From NCBI GenBank assembly GCA_965215195.1, contig CBDCDC010000002.1, forward strand, positions 1,632,001-1,696,000: a stretch of DNA of 64,000 nt, written 5' to 3'. Each line of letters opens with the position of its first letter. The first letter of the stretch is position 1. Under the pieces are notes generated by a model, which was given only the letters and a program-made list of their open reading frames with translations, did no database searches and had not been told where the DNA came from. Origin of the DNA: Candidatus Latescibacterota bacterium (lineage in GTDB: Bacteria > Latescibacterota > UBA2968 > UBA8231). A program made the position numbers and the translations under genes. This document shows, in pieces, positions 1-10,100 of this stretch.

Positions 1-1477
1 GATTGGTGCGCCCAGCGCCGGTGCGTTGGCCTTGCGCGATGTGGACTACACCGCGGTTCTTGGGGGCGTCGTCACCATTGCCGCTGGCGAGACTCAAGGG
101 ACGACGACGCTGATCCTGACGCCGCTGGACAACGCGTCGGTAGATGGCAATAAGTACTTGGGTGTGCAGGCGACGACGTCTGGGGGTTCGGCGCAGACGG
201 ACATCAAGATCGCCGACGACGAAACCCCGAGTACGACCATCTCGCTGTCGGTATCGCCGCACATGGTCAGCGAAGCCGCCGGGGTAACCTCTCTTACGAT
301 AACGGCTACGTTGGACGGCAAGGCGTTGGACGAGGCCGCGACGGTATCCGTCTCCATTGATGGTGGTTCGGTTGCCACGCGCGATGTGGATTACTCGGCA
401 CTGTTCAATCCGCTGCTCGTGATTCCGGCTGGCGAAACGTCGGGTTCAATTGCCTTGCTGATTGATCCCACCGCCGATGGCGAGGATGAGGGCGACGAGA
501 CGATCACGCTCAACGGGGCGATTGCCGGCTTGAACGGCGGATCGGCCGATATCACGCTGTCCGACGCCGAAGCAGTGGCCCCAGAACCTGAACCGACGCC
601 CTTGGCCTTTGCCGACGGGGCTTCGGTTGCGGACGTGATGTCCACGGCTGGCACGGCGATTGATCCTATCGAACTGCCGGCTGTGTTGGACGGCACGGGC
701 GAGGGCGATGTTGCATATAGCGTCTCCGAACTGCCGGCGGGCTTGGCGTTTGACGCGGCCACGCGGATGCTGTCGGGAGAGCCGGCCGAGGTGAGCGAGA
801 AGACGGTGGTCGAAGTTACGTACACGGCGACCGATAGCGAAGGTGCTACCGCCACTTTGACCTTCTCTATCACGGTCAACCCGGCGTTGAGTTTTGGCGA
901 CTTTTTCGGCCAGTTCGATGCGGCCGGCAAGGTCATTCCCACGGACTCGCACGACGGAGTTGACATCCGCGAATTCGTCGTTGGCCAGCGGGTAGAGGCG
1001 GTGCTCCCAGAGGCCACAGGCGGCACCTCGCCGCATACGTACAGCCTTTCGCCGGCCCTGCCGGCGGGGCTGACGTTTGACGCGGCCACGCGGACGATTG
1101 CGGGTACGCCGATGGCCGCGGGCGAATCCGTCTATACATACACGGTTACGGACGCCAACGGCGCGAGCGCATCGCTAGCGTTGCAGACGCTGCCGGCCGC
1201 ATTCACGTTGGCGGACAACTTTCCGAATCCTTTCAACCCGGAGACGACCATCCACTACGCGCTGCCGCAAGCGGCGAACGTGGAGCTGACCGTGTATAAT
1301 GTAGTAGGTCAGCCAGTGCGGACGCTAGTGGCCGAGCATCAGAACGCGGGTCGCTACGTGGTGGAGTGGGACGCGACCAACGATAGCGGGCACAGCTTGT
1401 CGTCGGGGATGTATTTCTACCGCCTGCAGGCTGGGGACGAGTTCCACGCAATTAAGAAGATGCTGCTGCTCAAGTAA
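1..1477 (+). CDS. 5'-truncated large surface protein with Ig-like/He_PIG repeats and a C-terminal FlgD-Ig/T9SS type A-like sorting domain
   Basis: The ORF appears to run in from the window edge. It has two LPAGL.FDAATR..SG/AG.P He_PIG motifs and Calx-beta-like ATRDVDY segments. The C-terminus reads LADNFPNPFNPETTIHYALP...YNVVGQPVRTL...WDATND...SGMYFYRL...KKMLLLK. Confidence 0.85.
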   Translation, partial: IGAPSAGALALRDVDYTAVLGGVVTIAAGETQGTTTLILTPLDNASVDGNKYLGVQATTSGGSAQTDIKIADDETPSTTISLSVSPHMVSEAAGVTSLTITATLDGKALDEAATVSVSIDGGSVATRDVDYSALFNPLLVIPAGETSGSIALLIDPTADGEDEGDETITLNGAIAGLNGGSADITLSDAEAVAPEPEPTPLAFADGASVADVMSTAGTAIDPIELPAVLDGTGEGDVAYSVSELPAGLAFDAATRMLSGEPAEVSEKTVVEVTYTATDSEGATATLTFSITVNPALSFGDFFGQFDAAGKVIPTDSHDGVDIREFVVGQRVEAVLPEATGGTSPHTYSLSPALPAGLTFDAATRTIAGTPMAAGESVYTYTVTDANGASASLALQTLPAAFTLADNFPNPFNPETTIHYALPQAANVELTVYNVVGQPVRTLVAEHQNAGRYVVEWDATNDSGHSLSSGMYFYRLQAGDEFHAIKKMLLLK

Positions 1478-1505
1478 GTAAGCACCCACTCCATAGCGAG
1501 TTAGT

Positions 1506-1540
1506 GAAATGGGGCCTCTGTTTGCGAGAGGCCCCATTTC
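1506..1540. terminator. Inverted-repeat hairpin between convergent genes
   Basis: gaaatggggcctct-gtttgcg-agaggccccatttc, a perfect 14-bp stem. Confidence 0.8.
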
Positions 1541-1550
1541 CTATGTACTT

Positions 1551-2051
1551 TTAGATCAGCTCGGCCTCGCAGCGGGGACACTGTTCCCACGCAGGCGATT
1601 CCACCGGCTTATCGCAATCCGGGCACAAGCCGAGTGGATGCTCGTCCTCGCGGCAGCGACGGCCGTTTTTGTAGGTAATGCGACGCCAGACCGTCTCGCC
1701 ATCAATGGCGTAAAAAGTCCAAATGCCCGTCTTGCGCCCGTCTGTGCTCTTGCCGCGGTATTCGTTGAATTGTCCGGTCTGTTTCCGGTTGCCGTTTTCA
1801 TAATAGGACACATGGTCGCCAGTGAGTTGGTTTTCTCGGTAGTAATTGATACTGGCGGGCTGGCCGTTTCTGTGGTACTCGACCCATTGGCCCGTCTTTT
1901 TGCCCATGTCGAAAGAACCTTCGCGCCGCTTGCCGCCATCGGCGTAGTACAGCACCGAGGGACCGTGTTTTTTGCCGTTTTTGTACTCGACGTCTTCGAG
2001 ATGGCTGGCCATGATTTCCTCCGTATTAATCGGCCAATACTGTGCGGACAT
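1551..2051 (-). CDS. MORN-variant repeat (YwqK-like) protein with a C-terminal zinc ribbon
   Basis: Repeats YKNGKKHG..YY..G, GKKTGQWVEYHRNG, YYENG, GRKTGIWTFY. The C-terminus has CPDC...CPRC. Confidence 0.75.
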   Translation of the reverse strand: MSAQYWPINTEEIMASHLEDVEYKNGKKHGPSVLYYADGGKRREGSFDMGKKTGQWVEYHRNGQPASINYYRENQLTGDHVSYYENGNRKQTGQFNEYRGKSTDGRKTGIWTFYAIDGETVWRRITYKNGRRCREDEHPLGLCPDCDKPVESPAWEQCPRCEAELI

Positions 2052-2126
2052 CTGATCCGTCTTAGAGCGAAAGAGACACGCTATGCAATTGAACCGCGAT
2101 CAATTCTGGGAGAAGGGTTTCTCGTC

Positions 2127-3023
2127 TCAGGGGGGATTTATCAGCCCGATGGCATCCAAGACGGCACCTATCTTCTCCACCTCCTCGTCTGTGGCCGTGA
2201 CCATGGGCGGGCGCAACCAGCGCGAGGCAATGCCGTTGAGTTCAAGCGCGGTGCGCCACACAGCCTGGCCGCCGCCTAGTACATCGGTGGCCACTCCCCA
2301 GAAGGGTTCTTCGATTTGGGTGATGATGGTCTGAGCCGTTTTGGCGTCGCCATCTTGGAAGGCCCGCCAGTAGCTTTGTGCTACGTGGGGAGCAAACGAA
2401 GATGGATAGCAAAAGAAGGCGCGGATGCCGCAGGGCCATTGTGCAAAATTACGCCATAGGCCCCCGCCGGTCATGAACTTCCACCGATCGCCATAGCGAT
2501 GCACAGTCGCCTTCGCGTATTCGAGTGTGCCGTCTTCTTTGAAGGTACAGATATTGGGCGCGTCGAGTAGCGCGTCGAGGATTTCATAGGAAGGACATCC
2601 CACCAACATCAAGGGCATGACTTGGGCTACTTTGCGGTATTGGACGACCTTGCCTTGCGGCTGGGCTTGTTCCGACGGCAGCACCATCAGCGCGTCGGCC
2701 CCCCAACTGCGGCAATACTCGGCGAATTGGACCGCCCGGTCGTCTGGCCAGCGCCGAGTAGCCGCCACAGCCAACGCCCGTCCGGCGACCCGATCGACCA
2801 AGAAGCGAGTGAGCTGGGCGACCTCTTCGTCGCTGAGGAACTCGAACTGGCTATCCCCGTATGTCAGCAAGCTGACCCTACTGCCGCTTGCGATGCCAAT
2901 GTCGATTATGCTACCGATGCCCTCCCAGTCTAGCTGGCCGTTGGGCAAAAAAGTGGTGGGGATGGAATTGACCGGACCTTCGAGTAAGTTTTTGATCTCG
3001 TCCGGCGTCTTGGCTGATGGCAT
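2127..3023 (-). CDS. Dihydrodipicolinate synthase/N-acetylneuraminate lyase family protein (non-canonical)
   Basis: PTTFLPNGQLDW, LSDEEVAQL, GADALMVLP, catalytic-Lys region FKED, RPPM. Confidence 0.8.
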   Translation of the reverse strand: MPSAKTPDEIKNLLEGPVNSIPTTFLPNGQLDWEGIGSIIDIGIASGSRVSLLTYGDSQFEFLSDEEVAQLTRFLVDRVAGRALAVAATRRWPDDRAVQFAEYCRSWGADALMVLPSEQAQPQGKVVQYRKVAQVMPLMLVGCPSYEILDALLDAPNICTFKEDGTLEYAKATVHRYGDRWKFMTGGGLWRNFAQWPCGIRAFFCYPSSFAPHVAQSYWRAFQDGDAKTAQTIITQIEEPFWGVATDVLGGGQAVWRTALELNGIASRWLRPPMVTATDEEVEKIGAVLDAIGLINPP

Positions 3024-3183
3024 GGCGCACTCCTTTTGCGAATAAAGGTAGAGGAAAACTCCAGTATCCTCCAGCCTAGCCCTCCCAAGCAGGCATTGCC
3101 CAGAGCACCGCGAGATACCAGATTATGCAATGGCCTCGCGCCGCTCGCACAATACCACCCAACCACCGCTGTTAGCTAAAAAC

Positions 3184-4467
3184 ATGAATGCCGATTCGCT
3201 CGAAATACAACCCTTGCAAGAGCCACTCGACGCCATAGTCGCCGTGCCCGGTTCCAAAAGCTACACCAACCGGGCACTGCTGGTCGCAGCACTAGCCAAC
3301 GGGGAATCGCACCTTACGGATGCACTCTTTAGCGATGATACCGACTACATGGTCCAGTCGTTGCGCAAACTCGGCGTCTCCATAGAGGCCGATCCAAAGG
3401 CGGCCAGCTTTATGGTCACCGGCAACGGTGGACGGATCCCCGTCGATGGTGCCGAGCTGTACATTGGCAATTCGGGCACTACTTCGCGGTCAATCACGAG
3501 CTATGTCGCGCTCGGCAATGGGACCTTCATTATCGACGGCGACGCGCCCATGCGCCAGAGCCGACCGCTGGCCGACCTGCTTAACGCGCTCGGCCAGCTC
3601 GGTATCGATGCTCGCTCGCGCAATGGATACCTGCCAGTAGAGGTGCGGGCCAAGGGGTTCAGAGGCGGAAAAACCCAACTCAACGCCAGCAAAAGTAGCC
3701 AGTTTCTCACTTCGCTGCTGCTCGTCGCCCCTTACGCTGACAACGGCTTGGAAATCGAAATGATCGGCGAGTTCAAGACCGAATACATCGACATCACGAT
3801 GGCGGTAATGCAGGCATTTGGGATCGCGGTCAAGCACGACGATTACCGGCGCTTTCGCGTCGCCGGCAGCCAGCGTTATAAACCCCGCGCCTACGCCATT
3901 GAGCCGGATGCCTCCAACGCCTCGTATTTCTTTGCTGCCGCTGCGCTCAATGGCGGCCGGGTGCGCGTAGCCGATATTGCCGCCGACTCGGCTCAAGGCG
4001 ATATCCACTTCGTCGATGTGCTCGAGAAAATGGGATGCACGGTCAACCGCTATGCCCACGGAGTCGAAGTGATCGGGCCGGACCAACTCAGAGGAATAGA
4101 CATCGATATGAAGGCCATATCGGATACCTCGCTGACGCTGGCCGCGATCGCGCCCTTTGCCAAGGATCCAGTGCGCATCCGCAACATCGAACACACGCGC
4201 TGGCAGGAGACCGACCGGATTGCCGCCATGGTCGCCCAATTGCGTCGGCTCGGCGTAGAAGTAGAAGAACACAGAGATGGCGTTACTATCGCGCCGTCCA
4301 AGCCAAAAAGCAGCACCATCGATACCTATAAGGATCACCGAGTGGCTATGAGTTTTGCCCTAGTCGGATTGCGAGTGCCCGGAATCCGCATCAACGACCC
4401 AAGCTGCGTCGGCAAAACCTTTCCGACGTATTTCGACATCTGGAATCAAATAAGAGAATCGACGTAA
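3184..4467 (+). CDS. aroA: 3-phosphoshikimate 1-carboxyvinyltransferase (EPSP synthase)
   Basis: PGSKSYTNRAL, GNSGTT.R, SSQFLTSLL, EPDASNASYF, R.QETDRI, DHRVAMSF, CVGKTFP. Start placed at ATG 3184. Confidence 0.97.
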   Translation: MNADSLEIQPLQEPLDAIVAVPGSKSYTNRALLVAALANGESHLTDALFSDDTDYMVQSLRKLGVSIEADPKAASFMVTGNGGRIPVDGAELYIGNSGTTSRSITSYVALGNGTFIIDGDAPMRQSRPLADLLNALGQLGIDARSRNGYLPVEVRAKGFRGGKTQLNASKSSQFLTSLLLVAPYADNGLEIEMIGEFKTEYIDITMAVMQAFGIAVKHDDYRRFRVAGSQRYKPRAYAIEPDASNASYFFAAAALNGGRVRVADIAADSAQGDIHFVDVLEKMGCTVNRYAHGVEVIGPDQLRGIDIDMKAISDTSLTLAAIAPFAKDPVRIRNIEHTRWQETDRIAAMVAQLRRLGVEVEEHRDGVTIAPSKPKSSTIDTYKDHRVAMSFALVGLRVPGIRINDPSCVGKTFPTYFDIWNQIREST

Positions 4468-4510
4468 GAAAGAAGGCGATACTAGTGAGGGGACGGTCGA
4501 CTCGAAACGC

Positions 4511-4550
4511 AGATGCCCTACCGGTAGATAAATCAACCGGTAGGGCATCT
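4511..4550. terminator. Hairpin between convergent aroA and DUF4159 genes
   Basis: agatgccctaccggt-N10-accggtagggcatct, a perfect 15-bp stem. Confidence 0.8.
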
Positions 4551-4573
4551 ACGACCTGCCGCTTAAAGGATGC

Positions 4574-5935
4574 TTATTGGGTGAATTGGGTCACATTGGC
4601 GATCCCACCCGGCTGGGTTAATGCATAGACGATTAGGTTGACCCCAAACTGTAGCCCGCGCTCTCGTGCATCGGCTAGCGGATCTCCCCAGTACCAGCTA
4701 ATATTTAGGTCGCTGAAGACCACTGCAACCCGACCACGCAGTTCCAGCATCTCCAAGTCAAAAACATTGCCAGCGGGTGCTCCGCCCATCGGCGGGCCAT
4801 CAGGGAAATCCCAGAAGCTGTAGTAAAGCGCGTGGCTCTTCGGCACTTTTTGCCACTTGGAGCCATCGCTACCCAGCACCAGCGGATGTTTCATCAGGGC
4901 CTTGAACTGGCGGTCAAACGGCGTACCCGAAACCCCGGCTTCCTTGCCTTCAAGCCCGTTCTCAGCGTCGCTTTGGCGAATCTCCTCGGCATAGAGAAAA
5001 CCACCGTTCTTGAGGTATTCGCCTAGGTTGGTCCTCTCTGTATTGCTGATTTGCAAGACAGCATCGTTGCCTGTCACGTAAAGCATGGGGGCATCCATGA
5101 TGCGCGGATCCGAAAACTCCAAGGTCGTGCCTTCAATTCGGGCATTGATTTGGGTATGGTCGCGCATATAGCGCATCAATTCCTCTACCGCAGTTGGGAA
5201 CCGATCGCGGTTCTTGTCTGCGATATCGTAGTCGATGACCGTCATGTTAAAGAAGCCGCGGATATTGCGTTTGTTGTCTGGATCCTGAATCAAGATCGCT
5301 TGGTAGCGGCCGATGTCCAAGTCGCCGACATTGAGCAATTCGTGCCTCAGACTCAGAGCCTCTTGCACCGGTGCCGACGTTTCAGCCAGTTCGATCATCG
5401 CAACCTCGTCGAAGGCTAACTCTTCGGCCTTGGCACCTGAGAAGGCACCCAAAACCTGCGTACCAGGCAAGACCGAGCTCAGGAGATCGCTACCTACCGC
5501 GCTAACATCGGCTATAGCAGAGATATCCTGCGGCAAATCCGGCGGTGCCATCGACTGTAGCATCTCCATCTGCACTTCGGATATCTCGGGACGCTTGGCT
5601 AAATCGAAGTTCTTTTCGAGAATCGGCGGAGGAGCGCGGAAGATGATTAGCTGCTCCTTTTTCTCTTCTTCGCCAATGCCAAAGAGATAATCATAAACGA
5701 AGACGCCAGCGTGAATGGCTACCGAGAGCACAAAGGCCACGCTCATGCTCAGCCGGCGGCCAGTGGTAGCCGTATATAGGGCGTATAACAGCACCCCGGC
5801 ACCCGCCAAACCAGCGGCGATCACCACCCACTTGGACAGGATGAAAAGCACATGAATGAGAAGGGCCGCGCCGACCGCTATATAGGCCGTTTTTTGGCGC
5901 TGGGCCTGTACTGCTTTTTTGTACTCGTCTACCAC
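4574..5935 (-). CDS. Membrane-anchored protein with a TonB-like TM segment (LSVAIH) and a C-terminal DUF4159-like domain
   Basis: N-terminal hydrophobic helices. The C-terminal part has PMLYVTG, ERTNLGEYLKNGGFLYAE, VPKSHALY, GRVAVVFS, GVNLIVYAL, typical of DUF4159. Confidence 0.75.
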   Translation of the reverse strand: MVDEYKKAVQAQRQKTAYIAVGAALLIHVLFILSKWVVIAAGLAGAGVLLYALYTATTGRRLSMSVAFVLSVAIHAGVFVYDYLFGIGEEEKKEQLIIFRAPPPILEKNFDLAKRPEISEVQMEMLQSMAPPDLPQDISAIADVSAVGSDLLSSVLPGTQVLGAFSGAKAEELAFDEVAMIELAETSAPVQEALSLRHELLNVGDLDIGRYQAILIQDPDNKRNIRGFFNMTVIDYDIADKNRDRFPTAVEELMRYMRDHTQINARIEGTTLEFSDPRIMDAPMLYVTGNDAVLQISNTERTNLGEYLKNGGFLYAEEIRQSDAENGLEGKEAGVSGTPFDRQFKALMKHPLVLGSDGSKWQKVPKSHALYYSFWDFPDGPPMGGAPAGNVFDLEMLELRGRVAVVFSDLNISWYWGDPLADARERGLQFGVNLIVYALTQPGGIANVTQFTQ

Positions 5936-5972
5936 AGTTCTTCCCCCTCTTGGAAGGGCCTAGAAACCTCAC

Positions 5973-6380
5973 TCAGTTACGCTGCGGTTCCGTGGCGATG
6001 ACCTGATCGATGACGCCCACTTGGCGAGCAATATCCATGATCTGGACAATTTGCCCGTGCGTAGAGCGCTCGTCTCCCTGGATAATAATCATCGTGGTGT
6101 TGTCCAGCAGTTGTCTCTTCGCCTGCAATTCCTCTTTGAGGGTTGCAAAGGTCACCGACTTGTGGTTCAGCTTCATGTTGCCGTCTTGGTCCACGACGAT
6201 AAAGAGGTTCTCCTTCTCCGGAGCCTGAGCCTCTTCGGCCTCGGGCAATTTGATATCCAAACCCGGAGTAATGGCGAACACAGCGGTCACCATAAAGAAG
6301 ATGAGTAGCTGAAAGACCACGTCAATCATCGGCGTCAGATCGGGCATGGTCAGTTCTTTTTTTTCTACTCTCTCAGCCAT
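5973..6380 (-). CDS. exbD: Biopolymer transporter ExbD/TolR
   Basis: DLTPMIDVVFQLLIFFMVT, IKLPEA, IIIQGD...HGQIVQIMD. Confidence 0.93.
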   Translation of the reverse strand: MAERVEKKELTMPDLTPMIDVVFQLLIFFMVTAVFAITPGLDIKLPEAEEAQAPEKENLFIVVDQDGNMKLNHKSVTFATLKEELQAKRQLLDNTTMIIIQGDERSTHGQIVQIMDIARQVGVIDQVIATEPQRN

Positions 6381-6409
6381 CTATTCATGCCTCCTAAGAA
6401 GAGCCGCCC

Positions 6410-7063
6410 TTAGGCAGCTTGAGTGCCTTGCCAGCGACGCAGCAGGGCGTCCACAAAACCGTGGCCGTATGCTTCAAACTCAACGGACTTGCCTGTGGCG
6501 CGGTTACTAAAGTACGTGAAGATGGCAATTGAAGGCACAGCAATCACCAGACCGGTAACTGTGGTGATCAGCGCTTCGGAAATACCTGCGGCGACGATCG
6601 TCGGCTCACCGAGACCCTTTTCCGCAATACCTTCGAAAGCGTTGATCATACCGTTGACCGTGCCCAGCAGGCCGAGCAACACCACGGATTTGGACACGAA
6701 GTCGATAACGGCCAGATACCGTTCGAGATATCCCAAGGCGGCGCGTTCAACCGTGCCGTTCATTTCCTCGCGCATCTCCTCCATCGTGCGTTGCTCGCGC
6801 GATAAATGCTCAAAGCGCTCGAGCCCTTCGCCGTACACCTCGCCTTCGAGCTTGCCGACCTCGGCGCAGTACTCTCTGAGCTGGTTAATGGAAGCACCCG
6901 AGTCGATACGCGCATTGATGTCGTTGGTGATTTCGGCCAATTCGTCCTCGGAGCGCAGCCGTGCATAAGTCCAGATGCGCTCGAGAAAGAACGCAATGGA
7001 AAGCATAGACCAGAGCCCCAAAGGATACATGAAAGGTCCGCCTTCTCGAAAAAGTTCAATCAT
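6410..7063 (-). CDS. exbB: MotA/TolQ/ExbB proton channel protein
   Basis: GGPFMYPL...ER, LLGLLGTVNGMINAF, AAGISEALITTVTGLVIAVP. Confidence 0.93.
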   Translation of the reverse strand: MIELFREGGPFMYPLGLWSMLSIAFFLERIWTYARLRSEDELAEITNDINARIDSGASINQLREYCAEVGKLEGEVYGEGLERFEHLSREQRTMEEMREEMNGTVERAALGYLERYLAVIDFVSKSVVLLGLLGTVNGMINAFEGIAEKGLGEPTIVAAGISEALITTVTGLVIAVPSIAIFTYFSNRATGKSVEFEAYGHGFVDALLRRWQGTQAA

Positions 7064-7105
7064 TTTCTTTCTCCCTCCTTAAGTTAGGACGCAAAAAAAT
7101 CAAGG

Positions 7106-10100
7106 TTATAGGACGCGAGCTTCCTGCATTACCTCTAGCTGCTCTCTGGCATAGTCCACCTGCGTCACGTACTTGGGGTTGTCGCCATAGTTGTCGACGA
7201 CTTCCTGAAAGATGGCACCGGCTTGGCGGAATTCTTCTTGGGCCATATAGGCGGCACCGACGTTGACCAGCGAGTTGACAGCTTGGTCGCTCTTGGGGTA
7301 CTTCTGCTGCACCTCCTTGAAGATCGCCATTGCCTCGTCGTAATTCTTCTCAGCTAAGAGCTTTTCACCTGTTGCATAAAGATTGTAGGCATCGATTTCA
7401 GCCAAGTGGCCGAGCAGGGTTCTTGCCTTTTTCGGCAGCACTCGATCTTGGGCAATCAGCTTGTCAGCGGGAAAGCGGTCCAAGAAAGTCTGGTAGCTCT
7501 CGGTGGCCTTCTCGTAATTTTTGAGGCCGTAATAGTAATCTCCGAGCGTAAATTGGCTGCGCGCCCCATAAGTACCATCGGAATATTCAGCGACGATTCG
7601 CTCGAAGACCGGCACCGCCTCTTCCTTTCGGTTGAGGTTAATCAGGCACCAAGCCTTGTTGTAGAGCGCATCGTCCATATGGCTCGACCTAGGATAGCGC
7701 TTAATGATTCGGTCATAGAAGACCATAGCATCTAGGAAGTTCTGGTTTTTGTCCTCCAAGCCGCTCCTATTAGTCATGTTAAATAGGGCATCGCCAGCGC
7801 GAAAAAGCGCCTCAGATGCATAGCGGGACCGCGGATACTTATCTGCTAGGCTAGCAAAAATATCGCTGGCAGCTCGCCATTTACCCATCCGATAATGCGC
7901 CCAAGCATCGTAGTAATAAGCATGCACAGCGCGCTCGTCTTCGGGATATTGGTTGTAATAGGCATTGAACGCCTTTGACATCGCTGGTAGCACTTCGACA
8001 TTGCCGTTAGCCGATAGCCTGTTATAAGCTACGCCGATTTGGAACTGGGCATTTTTGGCCCAAGCAATCTGCGGGTAGTTTTCGATGATAGTGTTATAAG
8101 TGGCAATCGCTTGGACGAACTGCTCCGACCTGTAGAAGCAGTTGCCTTGGACGAAGAGCGCGTTGGCAATGCTCTCGGCATTAATGGCCAGATTGATTAG
8201 CTCCTGGGCCGCGTCAATACTTTGCTGAAATTTATCTAGTTTGAAGTAGGCATTGGCCAAGCGAATGAGTAAGCGCTCCCGGTCCTCGCTAGAGGTAGTA
8301 GTAGCCAACATCTCCTCGTAAATGCGCACCGCTTCCTCTGGATTGCCCTTCTTTTCGGCCATTGAGATCAGCTGCAGCCGCGCCGAACGCACCAAGCTCT
8401 CGTCTCCTGAAGCAATGACTTCGTTCAGCAGCTTCTCCGCCTCGTCGTCGCTGCCTTCCGCAGAGTACGAGAGTGCCATCGAGAAAGTAACCTTTAGCTG
8501 CATAGCCTTCGGAATCTTGGTGTCCAATAGCCACTTGTAATCGACCAGCGCACGGTCGTAACGGCCCGAATAGTGGTAGGCCAATGCACGACCGTAGCGG
8601 CAGTCGCGAATGACATCGCTTTCTGGGTACTCTTCAAGTACCATGGTGTAGCGCTCGACTGCGTCGACGTAGTTCTTATTGTTAAGGTCGAGTTGAGCCA
8701 TCTGGAAATGGGCCCTAGCCTCCAAGTCGCGGTCGCCGGTTACACCTTCCAGCAATTGATTGAGCAACGCACGCCCCTCGACGATGCGATCTTGAGAAAT
8801 ATAGATATTGGCCGCCTCAATCAGCGCGGCGATGTACGTCTCGCGGGCATCGCGGTCAACCTTGGAAAAAGCAGCGACGGCCTCGTCTTGCCGCCCTTCG
8901 TCTCGGTAGAGAATACCAAGGCCATAGTAAGCATCGGCCGTATGCCGCGTATCCTGATAGCTTTCCGTTATGGCCTTGTAGGCTCCAATGGCCTCCTCGA
9001 CTTTCTGCTGCTCGTAGCTGAGCCGAGCGATGCGCAACAAGCACAACGGCGCTTGGTCAGAACGGGGGAAGTTGTCCACCGCCTGCGTGTAACTCGCAAT
9101 AGCCTGGTCCACCACGCCGAATTTCTCGGCAGACCAACCTGCGCTATAAAGCGCTGCGGAGCGCAAACCCGTATCGCTATCCGGGTAATCCATCAGCAGT
9201 TGTAGGTAGTCTTCGCGGGCAGCGGCGTAGTCCCCGGCGAAGTATTTAGCTTCGCCTTTCTGATACTGAGCGTTAGATGGATAAGGCGTATCCCCGTAGA
9301 GTTCAATCACTTGGTTGTAAGCGGTCCATGCCTCGTCGAACTTATCCCACTCCATGTAGTTGTCGCCAATTCTCATCTGCACCTTAGCCTTGTAAAAGCG
9401 CTCCTCGGCGGTTTCCTGAGCGGCGATCAATTCTTGGTAGGCTTCCTCGAACTGATCTGTTTTGCGAAAAATTTCAGCGACGCGCAACGAGGAGGTCTCG
9501 AAGAGCTCTCGGTAGTTTTCAAAATCGACATTCTTACCCTCGCGAAACGAACCGCGCAGGAGTTCAAACATCCGGTCGTAGAGATTGCGCACATCGCGAT
9601 AGGCTTTAATTGCCTCCTCGTCGCGTCCCATCTGGTCATAGGCTCTGGCCTCCAGATAGAGGGCCTGAGCAATGACCGGGCTATTGGGGTACTTGTCGAG
9701 GACTATCTGGGTCATGTCGACAGCTACACCGTACTCACCCTTCTCATAAAGAGCACTGGCGATGCGATATTGGGAATCCGGAGCATAGCGATCTTGCGGA
9801 TAAGCCGCCAGCATGCCGTTGAGCGTTTCGATGGACTGGTCGTATTCTTTTGTATTAAACTCGCTCCAGCCCGCGTAAAAATACGCCTTGCCGGCTTCTT
9901 TCGTCTCGGGGAACAACTCGACATAGCGCTTGTATTCCTTTGCTGCCTCGCCGTACTCTTTGGCGAGGAAGCGGGTCTCGGCGACTTGGAACTGCACCAA
10001 TGACCTGAAATCCTCGGCTACGGTCCCGACGTCAATAACTTGGCGATAGGCTTCCACCGCTTTTTCGTGTTGCCCGCTCTTTTTGTAGGCATTGCCCAGC

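Noticed and set aside
731-1094. Direct repeat of about 37 bp (731-767 and 1058-1094)
   Set aside because: It is explained by two He_PIG domains in one protein. It is not a mobile-element end or a DGR repeat pair, and no reverse transcriptase is present.
1509-2279. 256-aa hydrophobic plus-strand ORF
   Set aside because: It is antisense to the MORN protein and the DHDPS-like gene and starts inside the terminator hairpin.
5973-7063. Canonical tol-pal operon
   Set aside because: There is no adjacent tolA-tolB-pal. The TolB-like gene is 34 kb away and is a lipoprotein.
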